Assembly: GCA_002415345.1 (NCBI GenBank) | Contig: DHXV01000002.1 | Coordinates: 1 to 39,398, forward strand | Reading direction: 5' to 3' | Length of the DNA: 39,398 nucleotides | DNA from: Patescibacteria group bacterium UBA5147 | Lineage (GTDB): Bacteria; Patescibacteriota; Saccharimonadia; UBA4664 | In this document: positions 12,160-20,242 of the stretch, piece after piece | Numbering within the stretch: the stretch's first letter is position 1 | Layout of the letters: every line of letters begins with the position of its first letter | The notes under the pieces: generated by a model | Databases searched by the model: none | Seen by the model: only the letters and a program-made list of their open reading frames with translations | Told to the model about the DNA's origin: nothing | Translations under genes and position numbers: made by a program

Positions 12160-12227
12160 GTCGGGTGCCGTACGCTTTGTGCGGCACCCGACTCTCACCC
12201 TTGGCCCGGCGGTTTCACCGCCGGGCC
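12160..12227 (+). promoter_or_regulatory. Two perfect GC-rich hairpins between the TasA-like gene and sipW (attenuator / mRNA-stabiliser candidates)
   Basis: Hairpin 1: GTCGGGTGCCG (12160-12170) pairs with CGGCACCCGAC (12182-12192). Hairpin 2: GGCCCGGCGG (12203-12212) pairs with CCGCCGGGCC (12218-12227). Neither has a clear T-tract. Confidence 0.6.
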
Positions 12228-12267
12228 ATCACCATTTCCAGCCCCAAGCAGCCCGGAAAGGTTTCCG

Positions 12268-12759
12268 TTGAAAACTCGCATCAAGCTCGTTGTCTGGGTA
12301 CTGCTGGGGGTGACATCCGTTTCCCTGGTGGTGCTTGCAGCCGTCGGCCTCCGCACCCAGCGTTACTACGCCGTCCAAACCGGCTCCATGACCCCAACCA
12401 TCCCATCGAAGAGTTTGGTGGTAGTGGAGCCAGGCCGGTACCAACTGGGACAGCCGATTTCGTTCCATCAGCATGGCGGCATCGTGACCCATCGATTTGT
12501 GGGCCTCAACGCCGACGGCACGCTCGTCACCAAAGGCGATGCCAACCGCACGCCTGACCCGTCAAGCGTCAGCCCGGCTGACGTTATCGGCGGCGTCATT
12601 GCCGCCCCCAAATATCTCGGCTACTGGCTGATGTATTTCAAGAGCCCGCTCGGTTTCGCCTCGTTCGTCGTGGACGTCCTGCTGATCTACCAGATCTCAG
12701 CCCTGTTCTCCAGCGAGGACACCAAGCCCGTACTCAAGACCGCTTTACAACCTGCCTAA
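12268..12759 (+). CDS. sipW: Signal peptidase I, SipW/archaeal type (S26B)
   Basis: 163 aa with TTG start and SD GAAAGG. N-terminal TM, catalytic-Ser box QTGSMTPTI, VTHRF, KGDAN, C-terminal TM. Typical SipW architecture. Confidence 0.8.
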   Translation: MKTRIKLVVWVLLGVTSVSLVVLAAVGLRTQRYYAVQTGSMTPTIPSKSLVVVEPGRYQLGQPISFHQHGGIVTHRFVGLNADGTLVTKGDANRTPDPSSVSPADVIGGVIAAPKYLGYWLMYFKSPLGFASFVVDVLLIYQISALFSSEDTKPVLKTALQPA

Positions 12760-12768
12760 CGGCCAAAA

Positions 12769-12806
12769 CCCCATTCGTGAATTTCGCGAGTGGGGTTCGT
12801 TATTTT
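12769..12806 (+). terminator. Rho-independent terminator after sipW
   Basis: CCCCATTCG (12769-12777) pairs with CGAGTGGGG (12787-12795), followed by TTCGTTATTTT. Confidence 0.7.
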
Positions 12807-12884
12807 AAAAAGAAGCCCCCCTCCGCACGAGGCGAAGAAGGGCTCCTTAACAAGATTGATCCGGGGAAAGTGGGAGGTTGGAGG

Positions 12885-13166
12885 TCAGCTGCGGAATGCG
12901 GCGGCCAGACCCAGAATCACAGATATGAGGCCGGCAACGGAGATCACGGACACCAGAGTGTGGTACTGGTCTGACGTCATGGCTGATGAGAACATCGGCG
13001 CGATGTAGACCAGCGCCAAAGCGAGCAGGATTCCTACGGCAATGCATACCGCGGAGATGAGACCTTGCTTCACCTCTTTGACTTGTTGGGCCTGGCGGGC
13101 CCTGAAGGGTGCAAGGTCGAGGTTGGCTTGGGCAAAGCGGTCGACTGGGACCTGGGAGTCAGGCAC
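12885..13166 (-). CDS. Small membrane protein (2 TM), unknown function
   Basis: The ORF track begins at TTG 13241, but that codon lies inside a perfect promoter. The most plausible start is the in-frame GTG at 13166 after GGAGGA. Two hydrophobic helices. Confidence 0.45.
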   Translation of the reverse strand: MPDSQVPVDRFAQANLDLAPFRARQAQQVKEVKQGLISAVCIAVGILLALALVYIAPMFSSAMTSDQYHTLVSVISVAGLISVILGLAAAFRS

Positions 13167-13212
13167 GGTTCCTCCATAGGCGAAAGGGATCAAGTTGTTA
13201 AGGATGCCTACT

Positions 13213-13241
13213 ATTGTATACCACTTGCGCTTATATGTCAA
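13213..13241 (-). promoter_or_regulatory. sigma70-type promoter TTGACA-17-TACAAT
   Basis: Minus strand reads TTGACA tataagcgcaagtggta TACAAT. It overlaps the nominal 5' end of the 12885..13241 ORF. Confidence 0.65.
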
Positions 13242-13337
13242 TAGGAAAGCTAGTAACTATGAGTTGGCTGCAAAATTGATTATTATCTTTCGCCAGCTAT
13301 AATTTAAGCAGAACCGTAATCACCTAGGAGAATTGCC

Positions 13338-13871
13338 ATGCCCGAAGGACAACCAGAAGGCCCCCGCGGAGGGGAAGAAAAATTTGAGGCAAACAGTAAT
13401 CGAGCTGAGGCCATGGCTTACGAGATGAACGCGGATACGACCCTAGCCAACAACGCCGATAAAATGCCAGGACTTGAGGCGCTAGCCGCGGAATTGCTCC
13501 AAACGGCAGATCAGCTGGGAAAAGAGGCTGGGCAGATTTTCGATAGGGACGAACTAGCCGCCAACCAATGGGTCGCCCAACAAGCCATAGCGACCTCGGT
13601 CTTCATTAACGACGGCAGCCGGGACACACTCAAAATGTTAGGTGGCAAAAATGTCTCACCGGCGCTTGAACTGGCGATATACAAATTTTACGGCCTGGTT
13701 GGCGCCAAGCCACCAACGCATGAAGCACGTCAGCTTGCAGCCAGCGATCAGACGGCATTGATTAATCCCGCCCAGCTGGGTCTTTACGTATCAGAGCGAT
13801 GGCAAAAGGACGAGAGCGGAACAGTAGCTCTCACGATGGAGCTGTCAAAACAGGAACCGCAAGAGCAATAA
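13338..13871 (+). CDS. Hypothetical protein
   Basis: 177-aa ORF. SD AGGAGA 7 nt upstream of the ATG. No motif recognised. Confidence 0.55.
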   Translation: MPEGQPEGPRGGEEKFEANSNRAEAMAYEMNADTTLANNADKMPGLEALAAELLQTADQLGKEAGQIFDRDELAANQWVAQQAIATSVFINDGSRDTLKMLGGKNVSPALELAIYKFYGLVGAKPPTHEARQLAASDQTALINPAQLGLYVSERWQKDESGTVALTMELSKQEPQEQ

Positions 13872-14016
13872 CCCTGACTCGGTTCTTGCGGGGTTTTCAC
13901 TTTGTGAATTCTCAACTCCCTAAAAACACTCTTTAGAATGTACTTGGGGAGTGCCGGGAAAGGACAGGGGACATTGCGTCACCTTTTCCTTTCCCGGAAA
14001 CTCTCTGTTGCTGGCC

Positions 14017-14511
14017 CTAGACCACGAACCACGAACCTCGCGTTTCCGGGTCGGCATTGTGTCGGCGAAGCGCCTCGGTTTCTGCACATGTGCAGGCGTG
14101 GGCCGGTTGGCCGCAAATGCCTTGGCAGATGTCGTCATCATCAGTCCTGCAGATGCACTGGCTTTTCAGCTGTTCGCATTCGTTGCAGTATTCAAAATGA
14201 TCACCGACAACATGGGAGAAGCTACGAATTTCGTAGCAGCCCGGAACGATGCAGAAGCTGTCCATGAGCTCGTCAAGGTGGTGCTTATCGGCTTCAAGCC
14301 GGTGCGCTTCCTCTGCGAGTTGGTATTCCGCTTCGATTTGGGCGTAAAAAGCGGCATCTTCGGCAGCCTCCCTCGCCATCTCTTCGGACCATGCGAGTTG
14401 ATCTTGCACGACGCAGCGCTTGTGGATGGTGGCCTTCAGAACCGGTTTACCGCACCACCAGCACATTGAAAAGCCGAGCTTACTAAGGAAGTTAAGGATG
14501 ACGATGCGCAT
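14017..14511 (-). CDS. Cys-rich hypothetical protein (N-terminal CxxC...HxxC zinc-ribbon-like, acidic coiled middle, C-terminal Cys cluster)
   Basis: 164 aa. Strong SD AAGGAG 7 nt upstream of the ATG at 14511. Preferred over the antisense 13951..14469 ORF, which has no SD and poor composition. Confidence 0.55.
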   Translation of the reverse strand: MRIVILNFLSKLGFSMCWWCGKPVLKATIHKRCVVQDQLAWSEEMAREAAEDAAFYAQIEAEYQLAEEAHRLEADKHHLDELMDSFCIVPGCYEIRSFSHVVGDHFEYCNECEQLKSQCICRTDDDDICQGICGQPAHACTCAETEALRRHNADPETRGSWFVV

Positions 14512-14673
14512 AGTGCTGCTCCTTCGGGTCGAGTCCGTGAGAATGGGGGATGGGGCAAATCAGAGAGTTTGTGAATGAACCTCGGAGGCGGGTTATCGCC
14601 TCAGCGAAGTGAGAATATGTTAGCATAAACGTAATGCTTTGTCAATCTTTCAAACAGCGTACAATGGCCGTAT

Positions 14674-15096
14674 ATGCTCAACCTTCTCATCCTCGAAGAC
14701 AACCTAGCCGTGCTTTCGGCGCTCATGACCGAGCTCGCCCTGCTTGAGCAAAAATTCAGGAATGGCCCCCAGCCTGGCCAAAATATCGCCGTGACCGTCT
14801 ACTCAACCTACACCGACGTCGAGCGCATCGTGAACTCCCAAGCCGCCAACCACTATGACGTAATCTTACTCGACCGGGACTGCAAGCTGGGCGGTTCGTT
14901 CCACGCCCTCGACATCGAGAAATTCGGCGCCGACAAGGTAATCGCCATTTCCATGGTTCCCGAATACAACCAAGAGGCCGCGGCCCGCGGAGTTACCCGC
15001 GTGGTTGATAAGGACTATCTCGATCTGCCCGGGTTCGCGTGGCAGGTAGGACAGCATATACGGGAAATGGTTCATGAATATCCAGCAGAAGTATAA
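14674..15096 (+). CDS. Stand-alone CheY-like receiver domain protein
   Basis: 140 aa. LLILEDN acidic pocket, VILLDRD candidate phospho-acceptor, later AIS and DK positions. No output domain and no kinase nearby. TACAAT lies 8 nt before the ATG, so the gene is likely leaderless. Confidence 0.6.
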   Translation: MLNLLILEDNLAVLSALMTELALLEQKFRNGPQPGQNIAVTVYSTYTDVERIVNSQAANHYDVILLDRDCKLGGSFHALDIEKFGADKVIAISMVPEYNQEAAARGVTRVVDKDYLDLPGFAWQVGQHIREMVHEYPAEV

Positions 15097-15116
15097 GTAT
15101 TGTCTCATCCAAACTG

Positions 15117-15146
15117 TTGCGGGAAGAAATATTTTTGGCGTACAAT
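15117..15146 (+). promoter_or_regulatory. Candidate promoter TTGCGG-18-TACAAT driving the riboswitch
   Basis: -35-like TTGCGG at 15117-15122 and -10 TACAAT at 15141-15146. The aptamer starts about 15-20 nt downstream. Confidence 0.5.
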
Positions 15147-15160
15147 GTAATTGTTAACAA

Positions 15161-15298
15161 CTTAGTATCAAGAGTGCAGCGAGAGTACTAGCTCAATGAC
15201 CTGCCGGCAACCTACCGCAAGATAAGGTGCTAAGCCTAGCCCGCAAGGGAAGGATGCAGACGTATAAATCCTTTCCTAAGCAGAAGGGATATTTTTAT
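15161..15298 (+). promoter_or_regulatory. SAM-I-type riboswitch: aptamer (15161-15260) plus antiterminator/terminator expression platform (15247-15298)
   Basis: Core read by eye: GTATC-AAGAG-TGCAGCGAGAG...AATGACCTGCC-GGCAACC...AAGGTGCTAA...CCC-GCAA-GGG...GATGC. Pseudoknot TAGC/GCTA. GGGAAGGAT (15247-55) is complementary to ATCCTTTCC (15268-76). Terminator stem 15268-75/15283-90 followed by ATTTTTAT. Confidence 0.8.
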
Positions 15299-15355
15299 GC
15301 AAAAATGATTGATTCCGAACAAAAACCGTACTAAGATAATTCCGTAAGTCGGTTC

Positions 15356-15384
15356 TTGAAACAAATAAACATAACAGGTATATT
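15356..15384 (+). promoter_or_regulatory. Candidate internal promoter TTGAAA-17-TATATT between the riboswitch terminator and dcm
   Basis: TTGAAA (15356-61), a 17-nt spacer, then TATATT (15379-84), 22 nt upstream of the dcm ATG. Confidence 0.45.
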
Positions 15385-15406
15385 ATATCTAACAAGTGGG
15401 GGCGAT

Positions 15407-16459
15407 ATGGGTTCAATAGCTGCAACATTGGTTGCCGATAATTTTAAAACAATGCTGGATGGCATTCAAAGACCGGAGGTTGGCTATAAGCCTCTGACCG
15501 CCGTCTCGCTTTTTAGTGGAGGGGGCGGTCTCGACCTTGGACTAGAAGCAGCAGGCTTTCATGTTGCGTACGCTTCAGATATAGAGCCTCCACATTGTTT
15601 AACACTTAGTGCCAACTTTCCTTCATGCTATGTAGAAGTTGCGGATGTAAATCAGCAAAAAGGAAGTGATATTATAGAGAAAGCCAATGTCGGTGAAATT
15701 GATCTACTTGCAGGCGGCCCACCCTGCCAATCCTTTAGTATCCTTGGAAAGCGCATGGCCTTAGATGATCCTCGAGGAAAACTGGTTTACGAGTATGCTC
15801 GCATCGTCAAAGAGCTTCGGCCTCGGGCATTCGTGTTCGAGAATGTTCCCGGCATACTAACTGTGAACAAGGGTATGGAGTGGAGGGCTCTGTTGGATTT
15901 TATGGCCGAGAGTACTGGGTACAAAATATACTATCAAGTTTTGAACTCCGTAAACTATGGAGCACCCCAAATTCGCAAACGAGTTTTTATGGTTGGATTC
16001 AGAGATCAGAATGAGTTTACGTTTCCTATGCCGACTCATGGACCGACTCAACTAGGGACTTTAAACAGCCTCATTCCCTGGGCAACCGCCAAAGAGGGTC
16101 TCGAAGGAGTTGAGGCCCTACATAATCATAGAATCCGCCCTCACGGTGAAAGAGTAAAGAGTCGATACATGACAGTAGAACCAGGAGGCCGCGATAAAAT
16201 AGATCACACTGATAGGCTGCATCCCGATCGGCCCTCGGGGACAGTTATTGTAGGGTCAAGAGGCGGTGGAGGGAGACCGTTTATCCATTTTTCCGCACCA
16301 AGACACCTCACTGTACGCGAAGCCGCTCGCCTTCAAACTTTTCCTGATTGGTTCAAATTCGAAAGTACAGAAACCTGGCAGTATAGAGCCGTTGGGAATG
16401 CTGTTCCTGTCTTTATGGCACGTGCAGTTGGCAAACAGATAGCTCTTGCCTTACAATAG
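15407..16459 (+). CDS. dcm: DNA (cytosine-5)-methyltransferase
   Basis: Motif I FSGGGGLDLG, motif IV GGPPCQSFS, motif VI ENV, motif VIII QIRKRVF, motif X GNAVPV. ATG at 15407 with SD-like GTGGGGG. The ORF-track TTG at 15356 lies inside a promoter-like element. Confidence 0.92.
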   Translation: MGSIAATLVADNFKTMLDGIQRPEVGYKPLTAVSLFSGGGGLDLGLEAAGFHVAYASDIEPPHCLTLSANFPSCYVEVADVNQQKGSDIIEKANVGEIDLLAGGPPCQSFSILGKRMALDDPRGKLVYEYARIVKELRPRAFVFENVPGILTVNKGMEWRALLDFMAESTGYKIYYQVLNSVNYGAPQIRKRVFMVGFRDQNEFTFPMPTHGPTQLGTLNSLIPWATAKEGLEGVEALHNHRIRPHGERVKSRYMTVEPGGRDKIDHTDRLHPDRPSGTVIVGSRGGGGRPFIHFSAPRHLTVREAARLQTFPDWFKFESTETWQYRAVGNAVPVFMARAVGKQIALALQ

Positions 16460-16464
16460 GACAA

Positions 16465-17949
16465 ATGCAACCTAATTACCCTTACGAAGGCTATTCGTGG
16501 TCGATGAATCAGCACATAGGACCAGCGACCGATAAATTAGTTATGCTCTCACTCCTGGAAGCCGCTCAGGAATTCGGTAGATCTAATAATCCTGGCGATA
16601 ACATCACAAAAGCGCTAGGTGAGCGCGGTATATTGACACCGAATATACGGGCAGATGCTGGAAAGGCGCAAACTTGGCGAGATTATCAGCAGGTGCTTTC
16701 TGAGCTAGGTCTAATATTCTCGACCAGGTTCACAGAGAATGTAGTCGTAACGCCCATGGGTCTAATGTGGCTAGATGGCATTCTGGGATTTTCAGAGTTG
16801 ATGGCCACTCAGGCATTTCGGTACCAGTATCCTAACGGACATAAACTCACAATCCCGCCTCGAACGCGAGGGGATCTGTCCTTAACGACGAGTATCCCAG
16901 AAACCCGAACTGAACTTGATGATATATCTGGCGTCGCAATTAAGCCTGCTGTACTTATTCTGAGGCTACTCCTAGAGGGCATGAAAGACTCTCTGTCATT
17001 GACAGTAGACCAATGTGTAGGAGCATTAATGCCATTGAAAAAAAATTCTGATTGGAGAGTAGCTCAATCAAATCTCGATGTAGTATTCGGTAAGTTGGAT
17101 CAAAACCGGCGCAGACATGTTCAAGAGTGGTATCGGCTACTTGCTCGGACTGGCATTTTTATTGCTACTTCGAGAGGAATTACATTAACTGAAAACGCTA
17201 AAGAGCTTAAGCTGGAGCTGGAGAGTCTTTGCGAATATCACGAAAATGTAGCAAATTTCTGGAAGCCTCAGTCCTATACCAGGCAGGATATGGCAGGCTC
17301 CTGGAGCAAATTTTATAGTAACCCAAATATTGACACACAATGGGCTGCCCCAGTTTCTGCGCTGACTCAAGAGTTCGTTGCTCAGAACTATCCTATGGGA
17401 ATCGATCTAGCCGACCAAACTGCACTACCAAACCAGGTTCGTAAATGGAGCGAAAATATCAGTCTCCGAGAAGTAAGAAGTAGCCCGATCGAGGTAACAG
17501 AATATGAACCAGGCCAAATAAACTTAGGAAATTTGGCGCTAGGCTATGAGAGACGACGGGAGATGACGTTGCTACACGACGTCGTTGTTTTGTCCGTTGC
17601 AAATAGGCTTAAAGATCAAGGATATGTAGTTCAGGAAGATCCATCATCGGTCGATATACTGGCAATAAAAAATGGTCATGAAATTATATTCGAGATAAAG
17701 ACCGTAAATATACGCTCATTGCCCGGGAGAATAAGACTAGGGGTAGGTCAGCTAAGCGAATATAGATATCGAAGAGAGCTGTCAACACATAACCGACCCA
17801 AAACGGGCTTAATTATCAGTGGAGTTGCTTCAATTCCCGAATGGGTAATTAGCTATTTTAATGATGAGCTAAACATGAGTCTCGTAGCCTATAACGGTGA
17901 TGGGGAGTTTGTAAAATATACTAGTATTGGCCTAGAATCATTATTTTAA
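16465..17949 (+). CDS. Putative type II restriction endonuclease (C-terminal PD-(D/E)XK core), cognate to the Dcm
   Basis: 494 aa, starting 5 nt after the dcm stop. C-terminal VDILAIKNGHEIIFEIKT fits a D...E-x-K nuclease motif. The N-terminal region vaguely recalls AlwI-family enzymes (unverified). Confidence 0.65.
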   Translation: MQPNYPYEGYSWSMNQHIGPATDKLVMLSLLEAAQEFGRSNNPGDNITKALGERGILTPNIRADAGKAQTWRDYQQVLSELGLIFSTRFTENVVVTPMGLMWLDGILGFSELMATQAFRYQYPNGHKLTIPPRTRGDLSLTTSIPETRTELDDISGVAIKPAVLILRLLLEGMKDSLSLTVDQCVGALMPLKKNSDWRVAQSNLDVVFGKLDQNRRRHVQEWYRLLARTGIFIATSRGITLTENAKELKLELESLCEYHENVANFWKPQSYTRQDMAGSWSKFYSNPNIDTQWAAPVSALTQEFVAQNYPMGIDLADQTALPNQVRKWSENISLREVRSSPIEVTEYEPGQINLGNLALGYERRREMTLLHDVVVLSVANRLKDQGYVVQEDPSSVDILAIKNGHEIIFEIKTVNIRSLPGRIRLGVGQLSEYRYRRELSTHNRPKTGLIISGVASIPEWVISYFNDELNMSLVAYNGDGEFVKYTSIGLESLF

Positions 17950-18014
17950 GAGACCAACACCCTCCCTTGAGGTAGAAAAAAACTATAGCAACACATCTCT
18001 CCAAATCCGACTAT

Positions 18015-19162
18015 ATGCTTGACCTCCGCCATCCAGCCTGGCTCTGGTTAAAGAAACACGACAAGACAAAACACCCGCCTGTTGATGACCGCACCCAGGC
18101 CATGTTCGATGCCGGCCACGATTTTGAGCCGTATGCGGAAACCCTCTTTCCCGGAGGAGAAACGCTTGGTTTTGCCGACTACAAAGAATACCTGAGCCTA
18201 CCGAAGCGAACTCAAGAGGCTCTGGACTCCGGCGTAATCACGATCTTTCAAGGCCGATTCGAATACGGGCAACTCACGTTTATCTGCGATGTTATAACCG
18301 TCGTTGGCGACAAAGAAATCGACCTGTACGAAATCAAATCTAGCACCAAAGCCAAGCCGGACCATGAGTTTGATTTGGCGTTTCAAATGGTGGTTCTTGA
18401 GGGCTGCGGATTCACGGTTCGTAATATTGCTGTCGTGCACGTCAATAATCAATATGTCCGCCATGGCGCCATTGATCCGGCCGAACTCACCACTATTACC
18501 GATATCACCGAGACAGTTAAGGCCTTGCGTGAGCAGACTTTGCAGCATGTGGAGGCTGCCCTGAAAGTGGCCGGCTCCCGAACCATTCCCGATATCTCGC
18601 CCTCTCTGGCGCGGCTTGGTTCGTTTAGTGATTGGGTAGGTATTTATCGCGGGCTTACAACCGTCGAACCGGAGAGTATTTATGACTTATGCTCGATCGG
18701 CGCGGAGGATACCGGCCAGTTGGAGGCGCTTGGCATTACCAGACTGGCTGATATTCCTGATGATTTTCCGCTCTCCTCCAAGCAGCAGCTTCAAGTTCAG
18801 GCCACCAAGCAGAACAAGGTTTTGATTCAGGCCGACAAGATTGCCAAGTACCTGGGCAGTTTTACCTATCCGCTGTATTTCTTTGACTACGAAACCATGT
18901 CGAGCCTGGTGCCGTACTTTGATGGCATGCGGCCGTATCAGCAGGTGCCGTTTCAGTACTCGCTGCATATCCTGGACGCCCCCGGCGCCGAGCTCAGACA
19001 CGTCGAATATCTCCACCGCGACAACTCCAACCCCGCCGAGCCATTGAGCCGGGCTTTGAAGTCCCACATTGGCGAGACGGGTTCGGTCATCACTTGGAAC
19101 ATGAGCTTTGAGATGGGCTGCAATACTACCCTAGGGCAGCTGGTTCCGGAATACGCCGAGTT
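18015..19162 (+). pseudogene. DUF2779-family (PD-(D/E)XK + RNase H-like exonuclease) gene, 5' part, interrupted by an IS
   Basis: LYEIKSSTK nuclease-like motif, YFFDYET and TWNMSFE exonuclease-like motifs. The native frame continues exactly at 21802 once the IS and one TSD copy are removed. The upstream in-frame LSKSDY lacks a canonical start. Confidence 0.8.
19155..19162. repeat. Target-site duplication GCCGAGTT (left copy)
   Basis: An identical 8-mer occurs at 21802-21809, immediately outside the two inverted repeats. Confidence 0.85.
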
Positions 19163-19174
19163 GGGACTTATCCC

Positions 19175-19203
19175 TTGACAACAAGTAGTTTATTTGATAC
19201 ACT
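19175..19203 (+). promoter_or_regulatory. Transposase promoter inside the left IR: TTGACA-17-TACACT, with the ATG 6 nt downstream (leaderless)
   Basis: TTGACA (19175-80), a 17-nt spacer, TACACT (19198-203), ATG at 19210. Confidence 0.6.
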
Positions 19204-19209
19204 TAGAGC

Positions 19210-20058
19210 ATGAAGTTCACCATGAAGCAGTTTAATGACCGTTTTCCTACCTCAGACGCTTGTCTAGAGGAGCTGAAGCAACTACGGTTCGCTGACTTCG
19301 CGTGTCCCAACTGTGACAGCTCGAAACTCTACAAAGTTAAAGGCCGTTCCATGTACGCCTCACCCTGCGGTTTCCAAGTGGCTCCCTTGTCTGGAACAAT
19401 CTTCCACAAGTCCTCAACCGATCTCCGCACTTGGTTTTTGACTATCTTCCTCATGACCACTACCCGTTCAGGCGTATCCGCTAAGACTGTGGAACGTATG
19501 ACAGGCGTGACTTATAAGACCGCTTGGCGCATGTGTAACCAAATCCGTACTCTCATGCAAGACGGTGGCGACCTCCTTACGGGCGTTGTAGAGGTCGATG
19601 AGACCTATTTCCAAGCTAACCCACGCAAGGACAGCCGATTGCCCAAGGGCAAGCGTACAGGCGAGGCTGGTATCGTTCTGGGAATGGCTGAAGTGGGCGG
19701 TCGGGTTCGGGTGCGCCGAGTACCTAATTCGGGGCTTGGTATGCTCGACCACGTTTACGAGAACGTCAGCAAGTCAGCTATTATCCACACGGACGGTTGG
19801 TTGGCTTACAAGAAGTTACCCAAAATGGGCTACACTCACGCAGTGGTTGACCACTCTATCGGCCAGCACGTTGTAGATGGTGTTGGGACGCAGAACATTG
19901 ACGGGTTTTGGAATAATCTGAAGCGTGGCGTTTATGGGGTGTACCGTCACTGTGAGCCGAAGTATCTTGAGAGCTATGCTAATGAGTATGCTTGGCGGTA
20001 TTCAAACTGTAATAGTGGAGTTCCGATGTTCGAGTTATTGCTGAGTAAAGTTGCTTAA
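19210..20058 (+). CDS. IS1595-family (ISXO2-like) DDE transposase with N-terminal zinc ribbon
   Basis: 282 aa. CPNC...C zinc-ribbon, then VEVDETYF and IHTDGWLAYK DDE-type motifs and ...NIDGFWNNLKRG...Y..EY.WRY, typical of IS1595 transposases. Confidence 0.88.
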   Translation: MKFTMKQFNDRFPTSDACLEELKQLRFADFACPNCDSSKLYKVKGRSMYASPCGFQVAPLSGTIFHKSSTDLRTWFLTIFLMTTTRSGVSAKTVERMTGVTYKTAWRMCNQIRTLMQDGGDLLTGVVEVDETYFQANPRKDSRLPKGKRTGEAGIVLGMAEVGGRVRVRRVPNSGLGMLDHVYENVSKSAIIHTDGWLAYKKLPKMGYTHAVVDHSIGQHVVDGVGTQNIDGFWNNLKRGVYGVYRHCEPKYLESYANEYAWRYSNCNSGVPMFELLLSKVA

Positions 20059-20242
20059 TCTGTTAAATGAGAGTACAAAGTAGTTATGAATAAGTTACTA
20101 CAGACCTAACTTCTGCAGGAACCTCTTTTGTGTTGCAATTGTTATACGTTTGTACTACAATTTAGTTACAAATGACTCGCTTTCCGAATTGTCACCGTAT
20201 GGTGTGCGTGTCTGGGACAACCAGACTAGGAGGCGGGTTTTT

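Noticed and set aside
11380-12198. 272-aa ORF antisense to the TasA-like gene
   Set aside because: The plus-strand frame has a signal peptide, the AYFSD motif and a cognate peptidase downstream. The antisense frame is Gly/Arg/Val-rich with no recognisable features.
13167-13241. TTG-initiated 5' part of the 12885..13241 ORF
   Set aside because: The nominal start codon is the TTG of a perfect TTGACA-17-TACAAT promoter, so translation cannot start there if the promoter is used.
13951-14469. 172-aa plus-strand ORF overlapping the Cys-rich minus-strand gene
   Set aside because: It has no SD and poor composition. The minus-strand ORF has AAGGAG at ideal spacing and a structured Cys pattern.
15356-15406. 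TTG-initiated N-terminal extension of dcm (MKQINITGILYLTSGGD)
   Set aside because: The TTG is the first half of a TTGAAA-17-TATATT promoter-like element. The ATG at 15407 has an SD-like GTGGGGG, and motif I follows at the usual distance.
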